A stretch of DNA of 64,000 bases from Eledone cirrhosa. Its lineage: Eukaryota. The notes below the pieces were generated by a model. That model saw only the letters and a list, made by a program, of their open reading frames with translations, was not told the origin of the DNA and searched no databases. Location: assembly GCA_964016885.1 (NCBI GenBank), contig OZ024740.1, forward strand, positions 345,154,001 to 345,218,000. The letters run 5' to 3'. This document shows positions 28,951 through 42,296 of this stretch, piece after piece; position 1 is the first letter of the stretch; each line of letters starts with the position of its first letter. Made by a program: the position numbers and the translations under genes.

Positions 28951-29888
28951 CTTTCTTTATTAACCACAAAGGTTTACACAAAGTAGACATTAAGGACAGT
29001 ACAGGACAATACTGGACGGTACAAATGGGCATTTCTGTGTGTAAAAAACAAAAAAAACAGAGGATGTAATGATAGAACAATGAAAAAAATTCCCCAATAG
29101 GAGGGAGACTTCCGAGGGACATTCGTGGAGAAGCCCATTAAAAAGCCACAGTGACCCTGACTACCAGGGCAAGTGCCCTCTCCCAGTTTTCCACCTCTAA
29201 TTTACAGACACATTCTTGCTTCTCTCATCGATCTCTCAACAAAATGCTGGGAAGAGAGCACTTCCCTCTCTACCCTGATTTTCCTTTTCAAATGAAATTT
29301 GAAAAAGTTAATCAGGGCATCACCGAAGAGGTAAGTGCTCGTCTTCAGCCCTTTCAAACGTGTCCACCATACTATCTCTTTCGCCATGGCCACCAGACAG
29401 ATAAAAACTGCCTGCTCTTCCCGGCTCAAGGAAGAGGGCGGGGCAATCCTCACGATGGACACAGCTGATAGCTGGATCCGTCCTACACGCGACAGCAGGT
29501 GTTCGACATAAACCCACAAGTCAGCAATGCTCGAACACTGGACGAGTGCGTGCAGGACGGTTTCGTCGCCCTGCGCGCATCTCGGACATGCCCGGCTGAC
29601 GGCACCTCCATGCCTGTAAAATTTATCCCGAACTGGCAAAGCTCCTCGGTAGCACTACCAGGCCAGGGATTTCTGGAAGTTGTCCATAGGCCCCGGCCCG
29701 AAAGTTCTTCCGAAGAGATTGGTTAGTTGATTTTCGTCGACGCCTAGAGTTTCCCCAAGTACGTCGTCGCTCTTCCCCTCCACTAATCCTCTATAGAACG
29801 CCAAGGTGGAGTTTCCACCGATCACATTGCCCGATTGGTCGAGGTATCTGAGCGCCTGAAGACATTCCAGTCTCCAAGCGCTCCCTCA
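28949..29888 (-). mobile_element. Tx1/L1-clade LINE 3' fragment inserted in (ATT)n
   Basis: LPVRDKFYRHG...CPRCAQGDETVLHALVQC (L1-type CCHC)...AKEIVWWTR; 3' UTR with AATAAA; (AAT)n at both ends (28908-28948 and 29889-29907). Confidence 0.88.
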
Positions 29889-29907
29889 ATAATAATAATA
29901 ATAATAA

Positions 29908-30000
29908 TTGTTTCTACTTTTGGCACAAGGCCAGCAATTATCCAGTGAATTACTGGTACTTTATTTTATCGACCCTGTAAGGATGAAAGGCAAAGTTAAC
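29908..30000 (-). mobile_element. SINE 3' part whose (ATT)n tail runs into the retroelement stack
   Basis: TTGTTTCTACTTTTGGCACAAGGCCAGCAATT..TACTGGTACTTTATTTTATCGACCC..AAGGATGAAAGGCAAAGTTAAC. Confidence 0.85.
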
Positions 30001-30495
30001 AACGAATAATGATTTGCAGAAAGGATTATATATAGGCTCATAGCGCTGTAAAGATCAAATACTAATGAACAACGGCATAACAGAAGATTGCAGGTGAAGA
30101 AAAATACTGAGCATCGCTTGGATTCATTACCAGAAGGCTTTTGATAGTGCTCCCCATATGTGGATACGGAAATGTTTCATCAAACATGATCTGAGTAAGT
30201 CGCAAACAGTTCTGCGTATTAAATGAAAGATGGATTTATAAAAACTGAACCCATCTAAATTAACAGAGAGATGTTTTTCACTCCTATTTTGACTAGCATT
30301 GACTCTATTATTTGAAACATTTAACAGGACAGGACTTGGGTTTGAAAATGATGGCAAGAAAATTAACGAACTCCTCTATGTATTATACAAATGTGTACGT
30401 TAAATGCAGCGACAACTTAAAACACTGCTGCAGCTAGTACATGGATGCATAGAAAAGAAATAAATTTAGAAAAATATGCCAAAGCCACACTGAAG
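30001..30495 (+). mobile_element. Old degraded R4/Dong-like RT remnant
   Basis: QKG..GS*RCKDQILMN....EDCR...LSIAWIHYQKAFDSAPHMWIRKC parallels [33 protein letters not shown] in copy 1. Confidence 0.7.
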
Positions 30496-31349
30496 GTGAC
30501 CATGGGCTTTGTGGGCTTTCTCCACAAGTCACCCGCGAAATCTCCCTAGTTTGGGGGAAATTGTTATCTTTGATGTTTATTTTTTTAGTCTCAGTTATAA
30601 ATTTTACTTCACGCAAAAACAAATATACCAACACATTAACGTCATGTATCATCTTTAATATTTTCTTAAGACAGAATGTACCATATAAGAGCATTTTGTT
30701 TGTGATTAGGATTGGATTTACATATCCGAAGCATCCCATGTGATACAAAACGGAGGAATCGACCACGGTAATAATGCCGGTAACAACGATGATAATTGCG
30801 ATAACCATAACGATAACGATGATAACAACGACGACGTTAAAAACGACAATTGCGATGATAACGATGGTGATAATAGTGTAATGTGTTGCTACTGTTTAGT
30901 TTATGTGCGGTTTAGGTAATCAAAACTATGATGTAGGTTTCAGTCTTGGCCCTCAATATGAGTTTGGGTATCAGGGACTCTATTAACTGAAATATTATAT
31001 TTAAGCCATCATTGAGTGAGTAGAGGGGCTGTTTGCAAATATTCGCTGGTTTAGCTACAATGTAGCATATGAATTTGTTGGTAACGTGAGAGTAGAGACA
31101 CGTTTTAGTGCGAGAGAGTGTTACAGAGAGAAAGATGTATATATATATATATATATATATAGGAACGTGAGAGGAACAAAAGTGTAGCATATCTGTGAGT
31201 GTGATCAAAAACATACACACACACACATATATATATATATACATACAAATATATATGTAAGCTTATATATATATATATATATATATATAAAGAGAGAGAG
31301 AGAGAGAGATAGAGAGAGAGAGGGGGGTAGAGAGAGAGAGGGGGGGGGG

Positions 31350-31421
<72 letters not shown>

Positions 31422-32516
31422 AAAAAGATGGGTATAAATTTGCAAGTGGGTGAAGAAAGGAAGAAGATGGAGGCATATATGTTTGAAAGAATTGGATTGA
31501 AAGATAGGAAGTGAGAAAGAAAATGTGGGATAAAGAATGAGAGGGAGTGTGAGAGGGAGCAAAAGTTACTTGAAAAAAATAGAAAGATAAATAAAGACTG
31601 TAAGTAGAAAAAAAGAATAAAAACAGCACGTTTCTCGAATGATGTAGGTTTGACAAGAAAAAGCAGTATATTTCAACAACTACAGCGAACTTGGCGAAAT
31701 ATGCTTATACAATGTAAAGAAGCTTCTTATACACAAGTAGGACTTAGAAATGTAAACATGGACAGCCAGAGACTCAGAGTAAACGCTTAGTTTTAAATAA
31801 TCCCACTCAGGGAGGAGATGAACAATATGGTGTGAAAAAAAACAAAACAAAAATAAAAGATAAATCTATATATACGAGTCAGGAGACAGATGTGTATATA
31901 GTTCTAAATATATGCTATAGTACTATGTTGCTTGTATACGTATGTGTGTTTATGTGATAGATTTATGTGTATGTGTATGTGTGATTTGTTTTTTTTCATT
32001 GCTTTGTTGTGTTGTATTTTGTTATATTTATATATGCATTTAAATATTATATGGTATTTTCTTGCTCTGAAAAACAAGGCCAATCTGTTAGATACAGTTC
32101 CTGTTATGTCTAGCGTGTGCGTTCTCTATGATAGATATTTGCTAGAATGAGGCCTAAAAAACGGGAAGCTTCTAATAACTTCGTTATGTTCAAGTTTAAG
32201 TAGAGTGAATTAAAAAATGTTTTACTTCCGCAAATACAATCCATAGAACAATAACTGCAAAAATGAAGCAGAACTTTCTCTCATTCTGTTTTAGCTATTC
32301 GACTGGTCTGTGGTCAATCAGGTCACATAGAACTTCAGCGATCACACTGATTTCAATTTATTACAATATATCGATCTCTATTTGCCGAACTACTACATTC
32401 TAGAACAAAAGCAAGAACATCCTCCCACACACGCACTGGATATAACCGTGTTTGAAGTAGTATATATATAGAGAGAGAGAGTGGTAATTATTATGTTTAT
32501 AAATATGATCCAATGA

Positions 32517-32582
<66 letters not shown>

Positions 32583-32583
32583 C

Positions 32584-32628
<45 letters not shown>

Positions 32629-33882
32629 GGGTAAGAAATAAATAGAGATAATGCTATGTGTAAATATGAAAAATACGCATATATATATGTTTGTGCGGAT
32701 GAGCGGATGGATGGATAATTTGTGTGGAAATATTCTTGTCAGATGCTATATATATCGTTATAGAGAGAATCATGTGAGGTATATTAGTAAATAAAATAGA
32801 ACGTGAAATCTGAGTGTAAAAATCTAGAGATATGAAGAAACGTTAACGTACTACAGTGATTATTGGTTTCAAAAAGGAAAGAGAGATTGTGCGGAAAATA
32901 TAATAATATGATGGAGAGAGGATTAGAATGATAAAGATGAAAAGCGTAGAAAATGTAATTTAGTGACAGAACGAAAGAATCAACGTAAGATTGGGTGAAA
33001 AGGAAAGGAAAGAGAGAGGCGGGGCTAGAATAAGAAAGGCAAAAATGAGAGGAACGATTTCAGTGTTATAAAGATAAATAATTTGAAAGGAAGAGAGTAA
33101 GAGAGAATGAGAGCGAGAAAGAGAGAGTGATAGAAAGAGAGTGAAACAGCGTTGGAGTGTGAGAGAATGACTAAATGAAAGAGAGAATTATACGAAAAAT
33201 ACATTCTAATTAATGAACAGAATGTAACAACAGACTATATTGAAATCGTTCTATTTCTTCTTTATTTAACCCCATGTCTTTTGAGTTAATCACGGTTTTC
33301 TGGGGCCAAGATTCTTTATTCTATGCTCAAAATAGATTTCTATCTAACCACTGTTACAACTTTGCTTAACTAACGTAAATATATACATAATAAAAGAGAA
33401 CCAAACAAATCTGGCCGCCATATTGTATTTGCTGATGATGAACTGATTTTTCGATTTATTTATTTTTAATTTTTATTTATATATTTCACATAATGCCATC
33501 CCCACTCAGATACACCCATACTATATTCCCGTCCCTCAACTATTCCCTCATGGCCAAATACAATAAAAAGATCCATTAAAAAATTGTGGCTTTGTAGTTT
33601 ACAAGCGGATTTGGAAGAAGAAAGCTGCATATTTCTCTATCTTGTTTTGCTGTTATTCTTCTGTATATTTTTTTATTGTATCTTTCCCTTTGTTCCTTTC
33701 CTCCTTTATGGCTCTTTCGAAGACTGAATATCGGCATGTGTTTATCGAGAGTTCGATCTGTGCTGATTATCAAACAAAAATAGGAGGCTTTAATATTCAG
33801 AATCTGGTGGGAGTGGGTAAGGGTTTCTCATACTGACTATCCCGAGATTGGCCATCGAATAAACATTTCAAATAAAAGCTTA

Positions 33883-33956
<74 letters not shown>

Positions 33957-34626
33957 TATATAAAGTTATCTATCACATACATATAATCTATCAGTCTCTC
34001 CATCTGCCGATGAATTTTAATCTAAATTTGTCATTCGGTTGTTTATTATTTAGTTTCACAATGATTTACCATTACGGGAAAATCCTTGTTTGAATACACA
34101 CACACACACATATATATATATACATATACAAAGAGAGAGAGAGAAAGGGGGTTAGAGTGGGTGAGAGAGAGAGGGAATGATAGATAAATATAAAGATTGT
34201 TAGAGAGATAGATATATAGATAGATATCTCTGTGTGTGCGTATGTATGATATGCATTTAATTATCAACCAATCTACTGCTATGTACAGATAGAATGTCTA
34301 CATAATGCCTCCACTGCATTCAATATTTAAATTACAATTGACGTAATCTTCTCATTTGGTTAAAGACCAGAATTATTCTTCATCATTTTATCACGAATAA
34401 TTATCGTGTTTATATAATAAGTATGAGATAATTATTCAAGGTTTCCCAAAAGCCAAACTAAATTTCAAATTCTTAAATACAGAAACATTTTCTCCTACAC
34501 ACACGTGCCTGTGTGCGTATACTTATATATATATATATATATATATATAACGAAGGAAATGTGGTAAGGAACCTGGTGGACCGTAACGCAACAAAGTACT
34601 CAATACTTAGGGTAGTAGAGTGGGTA

Positions 34627-34717
34627 ATAGGCACGAGGAGGACCCCGACCGCTGAGCTCAAGCCGTTTCGACGGCTAATTCTGGACGTCGAAACGGCGGG
34701 GTCCTACTCGTTCCTAT
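34627..34717. repeat. GC-rich imperfect hairpin between TA tracts
   Basis: Outer stem TAGGCACGAGGAGGACCCC/GGGGTCCTACTCGTTCCTA; inner perfect stem GCCGTTTCGACG/CGTCGAAACGGC with a 12-nt loop. Confidence 0.8.
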
Positions 34718-35052
34718 ATATATATATATATATAATGGCCCCGCCGGCTTGATTACAAACATAACTTAATGTAGTCCTTTGCTTTTGTACGGTACAATAC
34801 CACCTCTGTCCTGTGTCTTTACATTACAAATTAACACCGACATTAGCCAATCCTTCTCCTGGACAGAGTATAGCAAATGTCTTCCAGCGAAGAATAGGGA
34901 ATGAGAAAGAGATACAGCGGAAGAATCAACCCCAGTACTAAACTGGAATTTATTGCATCGACCCTAGGATTTGAACTAAGTGAGTAGAGACCCAGAACGT
35001 ATACCACAAAGTATTAAATCCGAAATCTAACGACTATACAATTTCATGATAC

Positions 35053-35109
<57 letters not shown>

Positions 35110-36523
35110 AATATACATATATATGTGAGTGTGTATGTGTGTATGTGTATATCAGTGTTTACGTTTGTGTCTGTGCTTATGTCAGGTAACATAGCGGTTC
35201 GACAAACCGATATTGAGAAAATAAGTACTAAGGTCGATATGATCGGCTAAACCAATGTGGTGTCCCCGCCTGACCGTAGTTTAATATTTTAAACCAATAA
35301 TAGAATAAAGGAATAATATATAAACAACTGTATTCTGTCTGCAAAGCGATTTTCTGTTCCAAACGATACAAGTGTGGTTTTCGTTTAGGAGAATCATTTA
35401 CAAAATTTCTGAACTAAGTAAACTAAAAAAAAAAAAAAAAAAAAATTAAAAACACACAAAACTATAATTTAGAAATTATAAAAAAATAACTTACAGAAAA
35501 TGTCGTTTGTCGAATACAAATAAAACAACATTTAGTTGTGTTAAAAGGAAAATAGAAAGAACGAATGAAAGGGCAAAACACCATTGAAATTTTTCGAACT
35601 GCCACCTGCTTTTGGTCTTTTCATTTTTACATATTTTTGTTACACCGATTTTGCACAATTTTGTTGGTTATGTTGTTGTTGTAAGTGTTCTGGCGGTTGT
35701 TTTTGTGTTTTGCTTTAATTTTTTTATTTTTTCGGATGTCCATGTTGTGTGAATATTTTCTAAAGGTAGCTGCAGACTAGTTTAGAGAAATGTTGCCGAT
35801 GATATATAAATAAATAATTATAATAGTTTCTAATTTATTCACAAAGCCTGTAATTTCTTGGTGGGAGACAATGTCGATGGTATCCACTCATTATTTTATC
35901 CATCAAGGTAGGATAACATGCAACACTGACCCCGAAATGAAAAAAAGTTAATTTCACCTAGGGTTGAGATGAACTCAGAAAACAACTATAAAGGCTGTAA
36001 AATAATATCGGCCAACGTTACCTCCAATGCTTTAATGACTCCTCCAATCCACCAATTACTTCCAGTGTTTTATTTCGCGATTTACAATTTTAAAAACATA
36101 GTCACTAATATACGTTTACCAGTCATACATGAAAGTACATTCAATTGATTAAACATGTTTTCGGTTACGACTTAGTAACTGCAAAAGGTGGGGGTAAATA
36201 AATTATTACTTATATATACTTGCTAAAATAGTTTTTGCTTACGTAAGCATGTGAGACTTATCTGAAAGAATACACAAGTGTCAGCGCCGCCAGCATACAT
36301 ACGAAATAGGACTAATTTTTCTATTCATCTGAACGCTGCCGATGTATAGAAAAGTGTCTATACTACAGACACTTGTACCCTTGACGTAATCCATTTGCTG
36401 TAGCTCACACACACTGACATATACGTATGCATGTATGTATGTATATATGTACGTATGCATGCATTTATGTGTATATGTATGTTTGTATTCATGTAGGTAT
36501 AAATAAATATATATATATATATA

Positions 36524-36611
<88 letters not shown>

Positions 36612-37277
36612 TGAGTGAGTGTGCGCGTGTGTGTGTGTGTATCTTTTTGTATTTATGCTCCTAGCATAGTCGAACACTTGTTGTGAGTTAGTGTTGTGAG
36701 CTATTTCTACCATTACCACTTACCACTTTCATCCTATCGAACTTTACAATTTACGTCTACCCGTGGCTTGAGCAATGGCTGGCCACCCGTTCTATCGGAT
36801 CTAATATTTGTTCTTTAATTATAAGATATCTACTGATGATTGCTGGTTCATGGTTTCACCATTTACCGATGTTGAATGTTTGTGAATGTTTGGAATGAAA
36901 TAGTACCATATAGGTTCAAATTAAACTTAGTGGCTATGGAATTTATTCTGTCTTTGTTTTAGCCTGATTATAATGCTCTCTGTAAAATATTAGGTGAAAT
37001 CAGAATCACACATAATCTGAAAAAGCAGGATGTTTCAGTGAGAAAATACGATTGGTTTCCAAAGAGTCTACAGTTTCCTCCATTAAAGAGGTTCCTTCAA
37101 ATATTCTTTAAACACATTTGCCTTAAGTGCTATGTAATGGATTCGAACAGTGGATCTCGTGATTGCTAAGTAAAAAACTGAACAACTCCACCATAGCTGT
37201 ATATGGTTGATATTTAATTGTTATGTCAACTGAAATATGAATCTTGGTAATGAAAATAATTAGTGTATAAAACAAAG

Positions 37278-37352
<75 letters not shown>

Positions 37353-37451
37353 AGAGAGTACAGAGGAGGAGGAGAGATATTGCGTGAGACAGGTACATGG
37401 CATAGCAATTTAATAAGTAGAAAATTGTAAGAAATGTCAGCTTCGTCTCAC

Positions 37452-37632
37452 CTGAGAAATAGCCAAATCCACCACCACCAATCATATCCCCACCGTCGTC
37501 CATATCCGGGTGTCCTAAACCTGGTCTTAGAGCACGCATGCGTCGTGGATTTCTAAAAAAGTGCCGTCTTGCTCCAAGCGCGCTTAACTGTTTCATCCGC
37601 CTTTCTTTCGAGCGTCGGTTTTGAAACCAAAC
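37452..37632 (-). CDS. Lhx1: LIM-homeobox Lhx1/5 (lim1) internal exon: homeodomain helix 3 plus conserved post-homeodomain motif
   Basis: Translates [38 protein letters not shown]...GGFGYFS; the [23 protein letters not shown] stretch is characteristic of Lhx1/Lhx5. Acceptor TTTGTTACAG|GTT is phase 0 (the common Q|VWFQ homeobox intron); donor TCAG|GTGAGA is phase 1; length 181 nt. Confidence 0.93.
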
Positions 37633-37648
37633 CTGTAACAAAGTAAAG

Positions 37649-37703
<55 letters not shown>

Positions 37704-38693
37704 TCATGTGCTCATGCCTTAAGTTGATGTGAAAATAGCTTATAAAATAGGATGGAGACTCATAGAGACGGAAAATAATTGTTGCTGTCGACCACTACCA
37801 GGAATCGAAACTCATATCTCACAGATACCAGCTAGGGCTTTGAACCATTAAGTCAAGGTACTCTGACAATTATTACGTGTTTAAATTATGTAGTTGAATC
37901 ACCGCTTTTAAATGCATGATTCAGCTACTTAATTTAAACTTTTACCTTCCCCTAAAATTGCTGGTCTTGGGCCAAATATAGAAACATATATTATTATTAT
38001 TTTCTGGTACTTACAAGTTTCTGTGATAAATATAAGTGAAATGCTGGCGTAAGTATATATAAATATATATTTTTTAAGAAAATCAAGAAACAATCTATCT
38101 TCGCTGCAAATATACCTCGAAACAGTAGAAGAGAATATAATTATATAAAATTAACCTTAAGTTTTTCATGACTCACCTTGAACTGTTTGAATTGAAACTA
38201 CTGTTTCGTGTGTCTCTATATACGTACAATTATATCCATATGCCCATGCAATTTTCTATAGGTACGTGCATGCGTGTACGTATGAAGATATGCATATAAG
38301 CATGTAGACACATGGTAAAATACACACGCACATACATATATATATTTATATATATATGTGTCTTTATATATATGCACATATGTTTGTGTTTTTGTCTTTA
38401 TGTGTGTTTAAGTAAGCAAAAACAACGCATCTCTGGCATTTCTATAGGAGACAAGGTTTAAAATCTTAAGCAACTGAAAGAGATACACTGTTGACATATA
38501 ATCGCAGAAATTAAGAAACCGCAATCACGCATACACATAGAACACACACACACATTCACACATACATACACACACATATATATATATATATTCATATATA
38601 TATACATATATATATATATACATATGTGTGTGTGTGTGTGTATGTATGTGTGTATGTGTGTGTGTGTGTATGTGTGTGTGTGTGTGTGTATGG

Positions 38694-38724
<31 letters not shown>

Positions 38725-39424
38725 TTTGCGTTTGTCTGCATCACAACATATATATGTAACATGGTGCTACGTGAAAATCAGAGAGAGGAAATTGTAAACC
38801 AAAATATGTCAACTGAGATGTTGCGGTTCCTTCTCCTGGTTTCATGGTGAATTATATTTATATCCTAAATGAGGCAATGTGCAATGTGCTGCATAAAATA
38901 CGATTTTAATGTGAAAATGTTTGACACACACACTCTCACATATCAACATACATCTATTCACATACAAACGTACACACAGAAAACTCAAACTATACAAGTT
39001 AACCGACATCCGTTAATTGTTTACGATTATATCTTGCAAGCTGATTGAGAATTATATGAAAAATATTGAATTTGAAATGATTTTACAAAAGAGCAATAGA
39101 AAATCAAGCATAGAACATTCATTACTCATACATGATCCAGAGTAATTAAAAACATATGATGTAAACACCTTAGGAAGCAAATATTTATATGTAGTTTGTT
39201 TCTATATTTGAATCCTAGAAGTTTTTTTTACAAACAACTGACTCAAACCGAAACGTTCATTAACAATTAACGTGTAACAACTCATAGTAACTTTTATCAT
39301 TAATGTTACAAAATATCTCGACAATATATTATATATTATTTTCTGTTTATGTAAAATACACTCACACTATATTCAGAGTTATTTATCTATCCATCTATCT
39401 ATCTATTTATCTATCTATCTATCT

Positions 39425-41343
39425 AAACTTAGATCAGTCTAAGGCTTTCGATAGGGTTGACTATCGTTACCTGGATGCGGTGCTCGAGGCGGCAGGCTTC
39501 GAACCCGTGTTCAGGGGCTGGATTGCTGCAATGCACAGCAGCAACATCTGCTCAAGGGTCAAGGTGAACGGCTACCTCTCGGAGCCGTTCCATATCACGC
39601 GATCCATCCGACAGGGATGCCCTCTCTCCTCCCTTCTGTACGTACTGACTCTCGAGCCACTACTGCGGAAGTTGGAGCTATTGCAGAGCATTCCTTTGGA
39701 AACGGGACTGCGGAAAGCGGCGTCTGCCTACGCCGACGACGTGACAGTAATGGTGTCGAGCACCTCACAAATCGGGGAGATCAGCACCTTACTGGTGGAA
39801 TACGAAAGTTTCAAAGGAGTGAAGCTGAACCGGGACAAATCCGTCGGTTTGCAGCTCGGAACGTGGAGAGGCAAACCGATGCCTTCCGATGACGTCGTCG
39901 GACGCTGGACGGAAGGACCGGTAAAGCTGCTCGGGGTCTGGTTTGGTCCGGACCTCCATGTGGAGAAGAACTGGAACGAGGTGACGGCCAAGGTGTTTGC
40001 GCTCACCCAGAAGTGGGCCGAGTGCAAACTATCCTTAAAAGCTGAAGCGGGGGTGGCGAACACTTTTATAGTGTCCGTCATCTACTACCGCTTGACCGTC
40101 GTGCTTTGTCCAGCCAAAGCGCTCACCAAAATGGAGCGCGCGCACTTCCAATTCCTTTGGAAGAAACGGGCTCCTTTGGTGAGAAGATCCATCTGCCGCC
40201 AACACCCTTCACACGGAGGGCTGGGGTTGCCGTTGCTGACGATGCACAAACACGCCCTCAGGCTGCGGCACCTCCACGTATTCCTCACCAGACAACCGGT
40301 GTGGGTCCCGTTCGTGAGGCGAGCCTTCCCACGACTCGTCTCGCTGACCGAGCTGCAGTCCTGAGTGAAGCAAAGACCGAGGAAAATGGGCGACTGACAC
40401 ATCGAATGTGCTCAGGCGCTCACAGTCCTCTGGCAAACGGACCCGGCGATCAGTGGAGACTCCACTTCCACATTCTATAGAGGGTTGGTCCGCAGCAAGT
40501 GCAACGACACGCTCGGAGAAAGTCTAAGCGTAGAGGAGGACGAACTGGCCAGTCTGTTCGGTAGGACCTTCCACCTGGGACCAATGGACAACTTCCAAAA
40601 GTCCCTGGCCTGGCAGTGCTACCGAGGAGCTCTACCAGTTCGAGACAAGCTCTACAAACACGAGAACCCGGGCAGGGACCCTTCGAAAAAGATCTGTCCG
40701 AGATGCGTGCGCGACGAGGAAACCGTCGCACACGCATTCGTACACTGCCCGGGCGTTACCGACATGTGGGGCTATGTAGAACGACTATTGCCGCGGATGG
40801 GACCAATCCAGTTGACCACCGAGTCCATTGCCATGATAAAAAAAACACCCTCCTTCAAAAACGAAGGAGAGGCGGTTTTCCTATGTGATATGGCTATGGT
40901 GAAAGATGTTATATGGTGGACGAGGTTAAAAGGGCTGAGGTCAGGCACCTTTCTCTCCGGCGAGCAACTGATTCGTTTTTTCAAATACCACTTTGGAAGA
41001 AGAATCAGGATGGAGAGAGAGGTGCGGTACCCCAGCGAATTTTATAAAAGGTCGGTGAATGTGGCAAAGATGGCCAGAGTAGGTGGGCCTTCTCTCTATA
41101 TAAGCTTATAGGTTGAGGAAAAAGAGGAAGATAAGAAGGGAGTACTCACACTTGGTGCTCCTGGAGATGAAGGTTGTACATTTTTTCGGGGTGTATACAA
41201 CCCCTGTGTAACGCCTCTCCCCTATTAGGGATTTCAATTGTCATTTGTTATTTTATTAATAGTTTTATTTTCATATACATGTATGTAAACTCCCCATTTG
41301 TATTTGTCCCCTTCTTTTGTGCCCTTGTGGCTAATAAAAAATT

Positions 41344-41345
<2 letters not shown>
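39425..41345 (+). mobile_element. Tx1/L1-clade LINE, 5'-truncated, inserted in (TATC)n
   Basis: NLDQSKAFDRVD, IRQGCPLSSLLY, AYADD, KLLGV and C-terminal CPRC...ETVAHAFVHC. Stops at ~40362 and ~40395, frameshift near 40480. ORF ends at 41111; AATAAA at ~41333; (TATC)n on both sides. Confidence 0.92.
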
Positions 41346-41401
<56 letters not shown>

Positions 41402-41598
41402 ATCTATCTATTTATTTATATATATAACTATTTAGGTTGCATGTAATGTATCAATCTCTCTGCCTCTCCATCTATATATCCATCGAATTATCTATATATC
41501 TATGCATCTATCAATATTGTTCTATTTATAACGCATACAATGATTTTCACAATTCTTAATTTCAATCAAACACACACACGCACACACGCACACACACA

Positions 41599-41685
<87 letters not shown>

Positions 41686-42191
41686 AACACACTCTCATTG
41701 AGATATTCATAAAAATATCAAATACTACTAATAATAATATCAACCCATACAGGCAGATTGACTCAAATTTTTGTGATACATGAATATATTCACATTTTAG
41801 TGCCCACCCACAGTCACAAACAGACACATACAGACATAACCAATATAGAAGCAAAGAAATAATGTCTTTGCGAACGTGAAAAACGAAGTTAAATTAATGT
41901 GTTTCAAGTAGAGTTTCAAAAGAGCATAACTAAATCAAGAGAAGATCACAGAAAATTCCAGGAACAAAGTCGGATTTAATGCGAATCTCAAGCTACGCAG
42001 AGCAAAATACTTAAATCTGAGTTTGAACTAATGAGTAATTTTTAGCATCCAAGGAGGTATATGAAATACAAAAGAAAGGAAAAGTGGGTAGAGAAAGAAC
42101 ATGGGTAGAGAGTGAGATTGGGACAGACGGAGAATGAGAAGAAAATTTTAGTTGAGTTAATAATGGTAAACATATATATATATATATGTAT

Positions 42192-42227
<36 letters not shown>

Positions 42228-42253
42228 CACACATACAAATACACACACACATA

Positions 42254-42296
<43 letters not shown>

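Noticed and set aside
39303-39424. N-terminal extension (..IYLSIYLS..) of the 353-aa RT ORF
   Set aside because: Flanking DNA and the (TATC)n tract upstream of the truncation point.
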